DNA of 64,000 nucleotides from Vicugna vicugna (Eukaryota), in the NCBI GenBank assembly GCA_013265495.1, contig MU057801.1, positions 1,295,879-1,359,878 on the forward strand, given 5' to 3'. Positions within the stretch are counted from its first letter, which is position 1. The number at the start of each line of letters is the position of its first letter. Shown piece by piece: positions 49,557 to 63,100 of this stretch. A model generated the notes under the pieces. It had not been told where the DNA came from. It did no database searches and worked only from the letters and a program-made list of their open reading frames with translations. Made by a program: the position numbers and the translations under genes.

Positions 49557-50232
49557 ACCCCCTGATGATGTGATGCCGGAAGTTCCAGCACCCAGGAGCG
49601 CTGGTGGAAAGTCTTAAGCTACGTTTCTGAGCAGTTCCAGCCACGTGATGCCACACAGTGCTGTGTCCTCTGCTCCAGATCTTGGCCTAACTCTTCCCAG
49701 CATCGGCCTGGCCTCTTATGGTGACATTCCTGGTAAACACTCTTCATTATAACTCGGACTTTTGCATCAGACACGAGACGCACTTCCTATAGGACAAATG
49801 CACGTGGCCAAGGGAACGCCATTTGCCGCCCGTGAAGTGATCCAGCTGTTTGCAGGTGGGAGGAAGGTCACGGGCCTGGTTTTGGCTTTGGGAGGCAAGC
49901 TGAGCCCTGACTGCAGCTGAGACCTTCCTAAAGCTGACTGCAAGAGTGTCCTGGAGCAGACCTAGCCTTGCAGGGTACTCTAGAACAAGGCTGGATTCTG
50001 TATCGCTTCTCTGATTGAAGTAAGAGGACTGGTGACATTTTTAAGGCCATGTGATTGCCTGCTTTCCTAATAGAGATGTGCAAGTTTGGGGAAAGCCAGG
50101 CTGAACACGAGCTAATACTTAGAAGTGAACGACGGAAACCATGAAATGGGGACCCGCTATAATCTGGGGCCACTTTGGGTAGTTCCCGTTTAACGTCTCG
50201 CCAGTGTGGGGGCTGCATCCTAACAGCGCGCA

Positions 50233-50580
50233 TTTTATTGAACACTTAGTATGTGCCGGACACTGTGTGAAGGTCCTTCCTGTGCAGCATTTGATTTAAT
50301 TCCCCAAATAACTGCATCAGTTAGGAAACACCAATTATTAACTTTGTTTTAAAGACACGGACACCGATGTTTAAGGAGGCTTCCCACAGATTGTGGGGTC
50401 AGGGTGTGCGGCCTGAGCCTCCCCTCCTCCGTGTGACCTCGGGCAGGTTACAGAACCTTTTTGAGCCTCACTTCCCGGCTGTGTGAAATGGAGCTCAGAA
50501 CAGAGCCGATTCTCAGTTTGTCACAAGGATGAGATGAGACTGTGTAAGTGAGGCGTCTGCTGGCGCCCGGTGGTAAACAC
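50233..50580. mobile_element. Two MIR fragments in opposite orientation
   Basis: tttattgaacacttagtatgtgcc (antisense), then tgtgacctcgggcaggttac...gagcctcacttcc...tgaaatgg (sense). Confidence 0.6.
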
Positions 50581-52176
50581 CCTCTGTCTTCTTGCTTCAG
50601 TCGCCTTCCTTGTCCTTCACTCTGACTACAGGGAGCTGGGATCCCGGCCAGGTCTGTCTGACCCTGGAAGCCACACTCTGGCCCATCACACTGTGAAGCG
50701 TGACTTGGTCACACAGCGGCAGCGGCAGAAATTTCGGAGAGGGCTTCCTTACCCCAAAGGGAACTTTCTTGTTTCCCCCCCTCCAGTCCCTTTTCTCTTT
50801 TTCGCCCTGGTACTGTGTTCTTTCTCTTCTATTCCTGGCCCGTTCTGTTGGTGGCCGTGGGGGACCCTCTCTCGGCCACCGATGTTTGGGACCACACAGA
50901 CAGCAGACTCACAGGTCCTGCGGCTTCCTGGTGAAAACCTGCAGCAAAGACCCAGTTTAACATGCAAAGTCATGGCACTTTCAGATGCCTTTGGCTTAAA
51001 GAGGTGCTGCGTTTTACATGTGAGTTAAGCCTAATGCTGGTTTCTGGTTGGAGGGTTGGTCTCCACGGGGTCTGCCTCTTAGGGACAGGAAGCCACCAGA
51101 CAGGAGCAGAACCGGGTTGAACGGGGACCTGTGGTTAGGTGGGGCCGGGCTGGCGGCAGCCTGGGGGGGGGCGGTTTGCCCCGTCACTGCGGTGCTCTGT
51201 GGGCTAACCCCTCCTCTCCGGTACGATGCCCCCACTCCCTCCTTTCTCCTGTCTCCCTCTCAGGGCTGTGAGGTCCCCGCCGCAAAGGGAAAGCCGCGGG
51301 AGGTCATGCTGCTTGGGCCCGCAGCACACAGAGGAGAGCCGACCAGCCTCGTTTCCCTGGCAGGCGCCGGCCTCCCTGCCATGCTGGAAACGAACCGCCC
51401 GGCACAGGGCACACGAGCGAGTGCGCCGGCATCCCCCAGCTATCCTGGATTCACGGTCGCCGGCCCCTCACCTGTGATCACGTCAGAAATAGGAGAGTGA
51501 AGGTGGGAAGTTATGCTCGGTGGTCCGTTCCCCATCCCGAGCGGGTCTCCACAGGCGCCGGGCAATCCGGCGGCTGAATTTCAAGTTTGCTTTGAGCCCC
51601 CTAGGGTTTTCCTGGAGAAGTTAGTGTTTCTCTGCCCGCAGTGGGCTTAGCCCTCTGGGTGATCTTTTGGGGGAAAAAAAGGTACCACAGTGAAATAAGT
51701 GACAATGTCTGGGCAATTACAGCCGTGGAGGAAGAATAAGTTACACTTGGACTCAGTCACAAAATTGTCATCTAGATCGTGGTTGTCAAATCCGACCCAG
51801 TGCTGATGCAGCTGCTGGGGAAAGAAACGGGTCACCATCCATCTCAGGGATTCTTTGACAGGTTTCAATTTCAACGGGCGGCATCGTGGAAGGGAATTTG
51901 ATAAAGGACTTGGCAATGAGGAGAATGCTTTCCTTTTCTCTCTCATCAATTTAAGGATCATCTGAGAATTTATAAATCTCGCGGGGCTTAAGGCTTCAAA
52001 TTGTTTGCGTGTGAACTATTTATATCGTGAGGATTTCACTCCAAAGGAAATAGCGTGACCACACCACCCTTCGCAGGGAGTGGAAAGACCCTCATTTCTT
52101 CTAAAATTAATCAATCAATCATCAGTCTGTCATTAACAAGCTCATTGTTTTTACTTAGACTTGTCTGATTAGCTGG

Positions 52177-53173
52177 TGTGTTTGTTGGCTGGGGCTGCAG
52201 TAACCGATGCCACAAACTGGGAGACTTAAGCAACAGAAATTTACTGTCTCACAATTCTAGAGACTGGAAGTCGGAAATCAAGCTGTCGGCAGGGTTGGTT
52301 GCAGGGGAGAGCTGGGAGGGGAGGCTCTGCCCCGTCTCTCTTCTCGGCTGGTGGACAGCTGTCTTCTCCCTGTGTCTCTTCTCCACGAGTTCTCTCTGTG
52401 CACCTCTGTCCGTGTTCCCAATCTCCCCCTTTTATAATGACACCAGTCATTTGGATTAGGGCCCACCCTAATAACCTCATTTTAACTCGATTACCTCTGT
52501 GGAGACCCTACTTCAAATGCAGTCATCTTCTGAAGTACTGGGGGCTAGGATTTCAACGTATGTTTTTTCATTTTTTTCAAATCGAAGTATAGTCCATTTA
52601 CAATGTTGTGTTAATTGCTAGTGTACAGCATAATGATTCAGTTTTACATACATAGGTATTCCTTTTCATATTCTTTTTCTTTATAGACTATTACAAGGTG
52701 TTGAATATAGTATCCTGTGCTGTACAGTAGGACCTTGTTGTTTATCTACTTTATATATGGTAGCTAGTATCTGTAAATCCTGAACTCCCAATTTATCCCT
52801 CCATTTCCCCTCTCTCCCCAGTAACCATAAGTTTGTTCTCTATGTCTGTGAGTCTGTTTCTGTTTTGTAAATAAGTTCATTTAGGTCATTTTTTAAGATT
52901 CCACATGTAAGTGATCTCATGTGGTATTTTTCTTTCTTTCACTTGGTATAACAATCTCCAGGTCCACCCATGTTGCTGCAAATAACATTATTTTATTCTT
53001 TTTTATGGCCGAGTAGTATTCCATTGTATAAATATACCACAACTTCTTTATCCAGTCATCTGTTGTGGACATTTGGGTTGCTTCCATGTCTTGGCTGTTG
53101 TAAACAGTGCTGCTACAAACATTGAGGTCCATCAGCATATCTTTTTGAAGAGGACTCAGTTCAACCTGCAACA
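52177..53173 (-). mobile_element. MLT1 (MaLR) solo LTR split by an L1
   Basis: cacaaactgg...cttaagcaacagaaatttactgtctcacaattct..., gacaccagtcatttggattagggcccaccctaat; terminal ttcaacctgcaaca resumes after the L1. Confidence 0.8.
52562..53131 (-). mobile_element. 5'-truncated L1 3' end nested in an MLT1 LTR
   Basis: ORF2 C-terminal peptide WIKKLWYIYTMEYYSAIKKN; degenerate TSD tcaacgtatgtttt (52553-52566) / tcagcatatctttt (53132-53145). Confidence 0.9.
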
Positions 53174-55214
53174 TTTGGGGTCGGTTTAGGGTGGGAGTGA
53201 TGAGGGTGTCATGTCCTGGTGATGCCGGAGTTTAGTCTGATCCTGGCGCCTGCCTCTGAGTATAAGGAACCTGGGGTTGGGTGTGAAGTGGTTGGGGGAT
53301 ACTTAAGGCATATGACTTCAAAAGGGATGAAAAAAATATTTGGAATAGCAATCCCATTGGGAATGGTATGTTAGCTCAGGAAACCGGCAGGAAGTTTTCT
53401 GGGACCGTTCTGCCTGCTGACGGGCTTCGTATAGTTCAGCTCTGCCTGCTACGCCCTGTCGTGTCTTTTTTGTCATCTATTTTCAGTATCGCAGCATCTA
53501 ATTGTATGTCTCAGATAGACATCTAATTCTCACTGAATTAATGAGGGATTTTAGGCCTTTCTAATAACTTGCAGTGAATACTGAGAGGTAATTCTAACAC
53601 CTCGATCTTTCTGTAACTTCTGACTTTTAGGCGCTCACGGCATACCAAGGATAGCCTTGTTACTGTCATCCTTTATCATCACTTGGACCTGAGTCTGCAA
53701 GTCTCACTGCTTCTATCTTGAGGGGGGAGCATCCAGGGAACAGAAGAGCAGGCTCTGTTTTCTACACCATGAAGAGGGCAGTAAGGCCGCCCTGTCCCTT
53801 TATTCTGGAGAGTTCTCTGTGTAGCTAGATCGTCTTCCAAAGCAGTCCTTCTGGTCTATTTTAGCATCCCTGTGTACACTGGCTGGTGTCTGGGGCAGGA
53901 GCAGTTCTGGATGAATTGAGAAGAAAGCCAACAAGACTTCTATTATAATGCACTGTTTATTATTGGATCAATATGATTGATGTCCACCTGTCAGATCTGT
54001 AACATTATCTGGGAACCAGCAGATGGAGCTGTTACAGATAGCATTCAGCGGTTTGTTTATTCTCCTGAGCACGTGCTTCCATCCTGAGGGAAATGCCGCT
54101 TCATTGTTCGAGCGGTGGGGTTGTTTGTACCCAGATGTTGACCACGCCTTTCTCTTGGCTCAGGCCCACGTCTGTGGAGCGGGAAGGTCGTTTAGGTTGG
54201 GGGTGGGGGCAAGGTTTTCATGTGGAAAAGGTCCGATGGCAGTCTCCCGCCACCTCCTGTAGGCCTCTGCATGGCAGGAACGGGAGCTTGGGGCGCACGA
54301 GGAGGAAATGAGACATGCTGCTTTCGGGCAGCCCGACGCTTAGAACCACAGAAACGTTTACATCGGGCAGACTCGGGGGGAGAGGGAGACGGCTTGATGA
54401 CGACTCATTTCATAAACAGAGCACCAGTGTTGATAGACTCCGAAGGGTGCATATGCAGAGCGTCCCTTGGGATCTGCAGGGACTGCTGGTCCAGGAGAAG
54501 ACGCGGTTCTATTCGCTCCAGCCGGCTCGACAGATGCCTCTTACAGATGTGTTCTGGAGGGTGGGGGTGGTTGCTCGTCACCCGGGGCTTTTGAGGACAC
54601 TCAGAAACACTTCAAAGGTATCCATGTTCTCTTTTCCAATGGAGGGCTTCCTTTCCTGGGGGACGCTTAGCACACGCAAGGCCACCAGAGCAAGGATGGG
54701 ACTTCTGCTCTCCTCGGGGAGGCCAGAAGGAGAGGGAGTTCATCTGGGGCCGGGATCAAGGGCGTGGAGTGACAAGGTGTTCCAGCAACAGTGTCCTTTT
54801 CCTCCAGAGTGGTCCATGAATACCGATTTGGAAAATGATGTACGAAGACCCCCAGGTGCCATAAGCGTGAGACAACGTGGGGGAAAATGAACACCCTGCG
54901 TGATGGCTTATGAATTACAGGTTTTTGAAACCTACTTGTTGGTTTTCCTGAGGGAAGACAGTGCGGAGTTAACCAATCAACTACTTTTTGAAATGTTTAG
55001 AGCTTAAAAAAATGTTTTTTTCTTTTTTAACCCAAACTAGAAACAATTAGTGGGATTTGGGACCATGTGTTCACTTTATTCTTTTCTAAGTTATGTCACT
55101 TGTAGAGTAAACATTTAAATCACAATGAATGCTTGAGGAATGAGGCTTCCATGGTTACAACACTTACAATTTAATTTAGAGCTAATATAATTTTTTTTAC
55201 TGAAAACATGACCT

Positions 55215-55790
55215 TATTTTATTTTATTATTTAAAATAATTGGAGTATAGTCAATTTACAATGTTGTGTTAGTTTCTGGTGTACAGCACAGTGATTCAGT
55301 TACACATGCATAGACATATATTCCTTTTCATATTCTTTTTCATGACAGGTTATTAGAACATATTGAATACAGGTCCCTGTGCTCTACAGTAGGACCTTGT
55401 TGTTTATCTGTTTTATATGTAGTAGTTAGTATCTGCTAATCCAGAACTCCCAGTTTATCCCTCCCCACCCACCCCTTTCCCCCCTGAAAACCATAAATTT
55501 GTTTTCTATGTCTGAGAGTCTGTCTCTGTTTTGTAAATAAGTTCATTTGTGTCCTTTTCTTTTTTGATCCCACATTAAGTGATATCATGTGATATTTGTC
55601 TTTGTCTGACTTACTTCACTTAGTATGACATTCTCGAGGTCCATCCATGTTGCTGCAAGTGGCATTATTTTATCCTTTTTTATGGCTGAGTAGTGTTCCA
55701 CTGTGTATATACACCACAGCTTCTTTGTCCACTCATCTGCCAGTGGACATGTAGGTGTTTCCATGTCATGGCTGTAGAGCTAATACATAT
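55215..55790 (-). mobile_element. 5'-truncated L1 3' end
   Basis: Same family as the 19.4 kb and 52.6 kb copies (tttacaatgttgtgttagtttctggtgtacag; catccatgttgctgca). Confidence 0.9.
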
Positions 55791-55800
55791 ATAAAGGTAT

Positions 55801-55847
55801 TATATGTATGTGTGTGTGTGTGTGTGTATAGATAGATAGATAGATAG
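55801..55847. repeat. Compound microsatellite (TA)/(TG)n/(TAGA)n
   Basis: Read directly. Confidence 0.95.
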
Positions 55848-58800
55848 TATCTTTCAACATAGTTGGAAGCATTTCTAGAATGTATTTGTCCAAAGTCTTT
55901 CAAAGTGTTTACAACATAGTAAAGATAATTGTGCATTTTAAGAAGCGGTCTAGGATCTTGCAATTTTTGGTGCTACTGTGCAATTTTAGGAGACAAAGGG
56001 TGAGTGGTTAGAGTGTTCTGACCTAGGGAGCAAGCTGGATCTCCCTCCTTGGAATGGGAGAAGTGGATTCTGTATCCCTGAACTGAACAGGCCATCCCTC
56101 TGATGAACAGTGCCTTTCTCTGAGAGGTGGCAGCCAAAAATCGGCTGGGGTTCTGTTAGCACAGCTCCAGTCAACTCAAGTTCCGTGGGAGTCATGGCTG
56201 TCATTTATGGTCTCACGTCTCAGAGGCTCTTTGAAGGATAATGCATTTTTCTATTTATATTTTAAAATCTATTATGACATTTCCCCCAACAAATAGAAGT
56301 AAGGATAAGTTTTGAAGAAGGATAAGTTTCTAATTTGCATGAAACCCCATTGAACAGCACTGGCCTATGTTTACACACATAAAATTACACACATATAATG
56401 CACCTATATTCACACACAGTACATCTGCATAATACTTCATATATTATATCACATTATATCACCTTTTTCCACTTACCAATATATCTTGAAGATTTTTGCA
56501 CATCTTTCTTTCATCCTTCTTAATGACTACATAATATTCCACCATGTCAATGCATCATAATTTATCTAACTTAGCTCCTCATGAGGGACATTAAGTCATT
56601 TCCAAATTTACACTGTATTAAATGGTGTATGGGATGTAACAATCTTTGAACTAACAGGAGAGAATTTGTTTAAAATAGTTTCCTAGAAGAAATTCCGAGT
56701 TAAATGGTTTACTTTGACATTTTTAAACAGACTGCCAATCTAAGGCATTTGTCTGAGCGCCCACCTGCCAGTCTATGACGTAGCTCCTGGAGTAAGTGCA
56801 TCATAAGAGAGAGGACGAATTAAGCCTTCAAGGGTTCCACACATCTCTTCATAGCATTTGAAATGAATTCTCTTACCTCCTTCTTGTAACCCTGCCAGTC
56901 GCACTTTCACTCTCCCTTCATTGCCTGGGCCAGCATTTACTAACCCCAGACAGTGTCTGGGTGCGTCTGCAGGGGATGAAGCTAATTGCTATCCACTTTC
57001 TGCGTCTCTTGGCACCTGCCCTGTGACAGCCAGTCCTACCCTATTTTGCTGGTTGGGTAAAGAGATGGCAAGAACTTTTGCTGCCCCTTCAAAGCCATTT
57101 CTTAAATGCTCCCCATGGGAAGAGGGTCTCAGGACAGTGGCGATGGGCAGATTCCACCAGGCTCAAGATCAGGTGAGGAGAGAGTTCTCCAATCATGGGG
57201 AATCCTCTGGACCAAGGGAACACAGGACGGACGGGCCCCAGGGGGCCCAGCAAGAGCGAGACGGCAGCACAGTCGGGGGACTGAGGGAGCAGGACCAACC
57301 TGGCGTGTGAGATGCTGGGAAGTGTGAGCACCCCGAGGGAGAGGTGTTTATTGGGAAGCAGGGAGCTTAGGAGATGGTACTGCACGACTTGTCAGACTAA
57401 ATAGGAGGCACCAGAAAAAAATGACAAGGGGTAAAGGCAGTGACAATTCCAGGGGAGAGGACGGTGGCAGTTCCATCATTAGCTGTGATCTGAGATCAGT
57501 ACAGCCTGTTTGGTTTGAGTTCCCTTACTCTTAACTCAAGTGCTGCTCCAGTGTCATCTATCGGCAGGCTTTTTACCTGGGCACAGATACCCTTCACAGT
57601 GTGCAGCATGGGGTGTGTGTGTGTGTGTGTGTCTGCGCATGCTCACACATATACTGTCCTGGAGGATTGTTTCAATACAAGATTTGTGAGTAACATTGGA
57701 TTCTCAAAACACAGTAATGCCGAGAGAAGAGGAACGGCTTGAATGCCGACTCCGAGAGGCAGCACCAGCTGTCTGCACCAGCGGCCAGCTTTCCAGAGTT
57801 CCAAAGATGTGCATACACAGGGCATCTTGCCAGGTCCACAGCGAAACAGGTAAAGGAAGCGCCTCTCTCCCCTTATGTTAGAATATTGGTAACATTTAAA
57901 TTTTTTAAATTGATGTATAATCAGTTACAATGTGTCAATCTCTGGTGTAACATTATTTTTTGATATGAGCACTGCGGATCTAAGGTGGAGTGCAGGACAG
58001 AATTCATGTGACTTTTCATGATGAAATATAAGCGATTGGGAATTTCGCACCTGCTGCTGGTTGCCTCAAACTACACTAGCCAAATAGACCAGAAAGTTTA
58101 CTTTCGTGTGCTTCAAACTCTGATTTTTCATCATCTTTCTCACCTTGAATGTCAGGCGGGGCACCCGGACTACCTTTCTTTCAGAAGGACGTAATCATCA
58201 ACATGCCTGTCTTTGCCGTTTCAAAACAAGGGTCCATCCCTGCACGCTTTATGGAATTTCGTACTTTCTTACTGCACGGCTTCTGCTGGCTCAGACATGT
58301 TTCTTTAAAGAAAATCAGGAGAAGACCAACAGCCTGAGAACCTTGGAGATCTGTTGACTCTTGAATTTTTTCTGAAGTTGGCAGGACACTTGCCCTCCTC
58401 TCTGCCCATCACTTAGGTGGGGATGTCCACGAAGGCACCAGACCTAAAGGAAAGGCGACTCTGGATGAGTCTGTGGCTTCCTGGGCATGGAACGCCCTTC
58501 TCCAGGAGCAGACACAGCCCGCCCTCGGCCAGGTCTGGACTCACCAGGACTGAGTCATTTCAGGTGGACACGCTTGTTTGTCCCGGGCACAAACACACAA
58601 AGGCACCCTGTTCCCAAGTGGCGCAGGATGACACGGGAGTGCCTGGCACAAAACCACACTCCTCGGCCACCTGGAAGTCACTTGCGATGGTGGAAACCAA
58701 ACAGAAGCTGAGGCACCAGCCTCCCTTCCCGCAGCTCAGCGGGCTGGGCGGCGCCGCGGAGCACACGCTCCCGGGCGCGGGGGACGCTGCCCGGAGCTGG

Positions 58801-59708
58801 TGCCATCCTGCAGTCTGGCTGCGTGGCAAGCTGAGCTGGTGAGGGCAGCTGTTAAACAAGGGATGGTGTGCCCCCCGCAAAGGACTCCACCACCTGGCTC
58901 CTTGTCACAGAGGCAGTGAGGACAGCGGGGATTTTTCAGAAGCAGTGATTTATGCAATGAAACTTAGCGGCCGATTTCCAGGGCGGTGCCTGGTGCCTGG
59001 TGCCTGGTGCTTGTTCGTGCTTCCTGTTGGGAGCGTACTGGAGGACGGCCTCTGCTTGTGGGCATCTTGGGTTTCCATTGCTGACAGCAGCCAGAGCTGC
59101 CATCTGCACACATGAAGACCGTCTCTCTCTCTCTTTAATTTGTCACGTCCAAAAAGTATGACTACTCTGCAAAATCATTTGGATGAATGAGGTCTGATTG
59201 ACAAGCACACAGCCTGTGTGTGAGAACTTTGGGGCTGAGGTGACGAGAAGCTCCTGGAAGGTTATGTTAATTCTTAACATGCAAAGACGGCCACAAGTTG
59301 GAAGCTAATACTTTACAGTGAAGCTGAAATCTATTATTATTTCAGGGTATTAGCATTGTTTGGCATAGAATAACTTAACCATAATGACACATTGAGAAAT
59401 CAATATGACACGGGAGCCAGGGTGCATTTTCTTAAACATGAATTGGCTGATGGCTTTAGCAAGGTTTTAACAGAAGGAGTAAGCAAATTTCAAAAGTAAA
59501 TGAATCAGAAACTGATGAGCAAGTAATACATCTGTAGCACATAAATGATTTTGGCTTAGCTTGTGATTATCGCCATATTGTTCTAGAAATACATGTTACT
59601 CTCTTTTGCTTTGTGTTCAAATTATTCCATGTGTCCCAGAGTTGCACACATTTGATATATTTTAGGAACTTGTTACTCATCAGCAAGAAACTCAAATGAC
59701 CTTTTCTT

Positions 59709-60362
59709 TTCTTTTTTTTTTAACATTTTTTATTGATTTATAATCATTTTACAATGTTGTGTCAAATTCCAGTGTAGAACACAATTTTGCAGTTATACAT
59801 GAACATGTATATATTCGTTGTCACATCACAATATCTCTTCCCGCCTTCTGCGCCCTTGGCAACCACAAGTTTATATTCTATGTCTGTGAGTCTATTTCTG
59901 TTTTGTATTTATGCTTTTTTTTTTTAGATTCCACACATGAGCGAGCTCATATGGTATTTTTCTTTCTCTTTCTGGCTTACTTCACTTAGAATGACATTCT
60001 CCAGAAGCATCCATGTTGCTGCAAATGGTGTTATGTTGTCGGTTTTTATGGCTGAATAGTATTCCATTGTATAAATATACCACATCTTCTTTATCCAGTC
60101 ATCTGTTGATGGACATTTAGGCTGTTTCCATGTCTTGGCTATTGTAAATAGTGCTGCTATGAACATTGGGGTGCAGGTGTCATCCTGAAGTAGGGTTCCT
60201 TCTGGATATATGCCCAGGAGTGGGACTCCTGGGTCATACGGTAAGTCTATTCCTAGTCTCTTGAGGAATCTCCATACTGTTTTCCACAGTGGCTGCACCA
60301 AACTGCATTCCCACCAGCAGTGAAGGAGGGTTCCCTTTTCTCCACAGCCTTTCCAGCATTTG
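59709..60362 (-). mobile_element. Young 5'-truncated L1 with perfect target-site duplication
   Basis: Uninterrupted ORF2 C-terminus ([20 protein letters not shown]...YTMEYYSAIK...), poly-T tail, identical 17-bp flanks tcaaatgaccttttctt at 59692-59708 and 60363-60379. Confidence 0.96.
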
Positions 60363-61091
60363 TCAAATGACCTTTTCTTAAGAGACACTCAATTGAGTAT
60401 TGCTCAGCAAGGTGGTATGAAACATTGAAGATGGTGCGAAAGATGGCTGGATTTTTTTAGTGACAGAAAGAGAAAATAATGTTCTCCCCTAAAATTCCCT
60501 GCTCTTTTTCTCAACATGGAAATCAGTGACATTTTTTTTTTGCAGCTAACTATGAGAAAGTCAAATACTTGTTGAAAGTAATTTAAGTAACACAAAGTAA
60601 TAGGTGAAGGCGACTCTCTAATTCTACTCAGAGGTTACAACTGACAATAACTTGACACATGTACTTCTCAATTTTTAGATGCATAGATACAAGCAAATAC
60701 ATGCAAATAAGATGAATGGGGTTACCCAGTGTCTGCTGCTCCGTAAACTGCTTTCCCGCGGACTAGCTCTCTAGGACGGTAAACGCAGATCCGGCATGAA
60801 GAGAGATGCTCCATCATTTATTTCACTAGTCTCCTGCCGACAGGTGTTTAGTTGGTTCCAGTTTTCTACTTTCATAACCAGCATTTCAGCCACTATTTTG
60901 TCTCTACGTCAGTGCATATTTTTCAGGTGTGTTCTGAGGGTAAATTACCTTGGGTGCTATTGCTGCTATTTTTTTTTTCTAAAAAAATTTAAGCAAATAC
61001 TTAGGTTTTTGGGTATAAACTCTAAAACCCTCTTGATTATCCACATGGTGAGACTGAATTCCAAGCTGAATTTCTCTTGTCATCCGGGGTT

Positions 61092-61610
61092 TTGTGGGCA
61101 GAATTCTAAGGTAGCCCCCAAGATGCCAGCCCCCTCCCCCTGCTGTATGCCCCATGTGATCCCTGCTGCTGAGTGGGGGGAAGACTGTGAATATGGTGGG
61201 GTATCTCCCCTGCGGTCACATCACTAATTGGTTGAGTTTGAGTTAATCATAGGGGAGATCGTGGGTGGGCCTGGCCTAACCAGGTGAGCACCCCCTGCTG
61301 GCCGGGAAGGAAGCCAACAGCCATGTTGAGAACTGCCTAGTGGCCGCATGGCCAGAAACCTTGAGTGGCCTCTAGGAGTGGAGGTGGGTCCCTGGCCAGA
61401 GGCCTCCGCCCTATAACCAGAAGACATTGAACTCTTCCAGTGAATTAGGAAGAAGACCCTGAGTCTCAAATGAGAATTGCTGGCACCTTGATCTCAGTCT
61501 GGTGAGTCCCTGAGCAGAGGCCCCAGCCAACCTGCACTTGAGTTACATCTGTCTTGTTTATGCAGCTACGTTTGTGGTGACTGATTATACAGAATAAAAA
61601 ACCAGTATCA
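61092..61610 (+). mobile_element. MLT1E/F-like LTR
   Basis: Starts tgtgggcagaattctaaggtagccccca; ends with cagctacgtttgtggtg...tatacag. Confidence 0.7.
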
Positions 61611-62614
61611 CAATGAACGGAGGCCGGGCACTGCCGGGGTGGTCTAGACTTTTTCTGTGGCTATCAGGCCCGGGGACATGGACCCTCCCCAGTACCCACC
61701 CTGCACAGAGACTCGGTGGGCCAGTTTGAGCTCTCGGCTGGGGCCTTCTTCCTGGAGGCCAGAGCTTGGCACTCAGGCCACAGTCCTGCCCTTCAGGAAG
61801 GCTCTTCTGGAGAAGAGACACCCAGCTTTCCTCTCTCAGCGCTGGGGCTACCCACAGGGCCACATGAGAGATCCTTGTTCGTCTAACAGTTTTAAATGAT
61901 TTAACTGGCTTTTCCTAAGGTGCAAGGAATTCCCGGCTGTCACTTTGGGCTCGTGTAGTCCTGTTTTATTCAAAGGACTGTAAGCTGTTACTGTCAATCA
62001 TTTTGATGCTCAGATTGTCATAGGTGTTCCCAGTGGGTGGCCCTTCAGGCTGTCTCCTGTGTCCTTCTGATCCATCCCATCACTGAGCACTTATTTCTGT
62101 GTTCTGACACAACAAGATATTCCACGTTCATCCCGTGCCTTCCCTGGAATCAGCCATTCCTACAGGGAACCCTTGTTCCTTTTTGTGGCGAATGGTATTT
62201 AGAAACCAAGATCTGGGCTGTAGAGGTGCTCACAGCTCCTAGGGTCTCCCGAGCTGAGAAACTGCTTTTCTCCCTCCTTCCCTGACTCCTTTTTCTTCTC
62301 TCTCTCTCTCTCCATCCATTTATGTTAAAAACCCTAAGTTCATGCTGAACTCATTTGCTTCATTTGGGATAGAAGTTCAAAACAAATACTATGAGTTTGT
62401 TGAAATTGTTGAAAGATCTTTTCTTCCATTCCTAAAAAAGTGACCTTTGTGGACTGGTTTCTGTACTGTCGTGTTATTAAGGCCAAACTAGAAACAGTCT
62501 AACTATACTTTCTGTGCTGGGAGTAGAATTGTCAATCCAACCTGGGTCATGTTTGTGAACAAGAGAGGAGAAGGCTCATGTGTCATGTTAAAAACTTTGA
62601 ATATTTTGTGTAGT

Positions 62615-63100
62615 TTTTGTTTGGGTTATCTATTACTAAACTGCCCCCTAAGCCGAGTGGCTTAAATACAACCACATTGCATCATATGTCATGAATGTTC
62701 ATGATGGGAATTCAGACCTAGCTCAGCTGGGCACATCTGCTTTACCTGGACGCTGCCTGAGGTTACTGGGTGCTGTTCAGCCACTGGCCGCTCTGGTCTG
62801 GAAAGTCCAAGATGTGCCTGGTGCCTTGGAGGGTGTGGCTGGGACACTGGACTGATTCTGTGGACTCAGGGGCTCTCTTCACAGTCTTTCCCACAAGGTC
62901 TATGTGGTGGCTTGGGTTTCCAAGAGTGTGTGTTCCAAGACACAGGAAGTAGGATTTTCCCTCTCTTGAGGCTCAGGCCTTGAAGATGGTGCATTGTCAC
63001 TTGCCCCACATTCTCTGGGTCAGTGTTGTCACAGAGCCTGCTCAGACAAATGGGGAGGGTACAAGTCCCACCTGCCCAGGGAAGGGTGTCAAAAAACGTG
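62615..63100 (-). mobile_element. Old MLT1 (G-J-like) LTR
   Basis: agtggcttaaatacaacc..., ggaattcagacctagctcagctgggc..., gtctggaaagtccaagatg. Confidence 0.55.
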
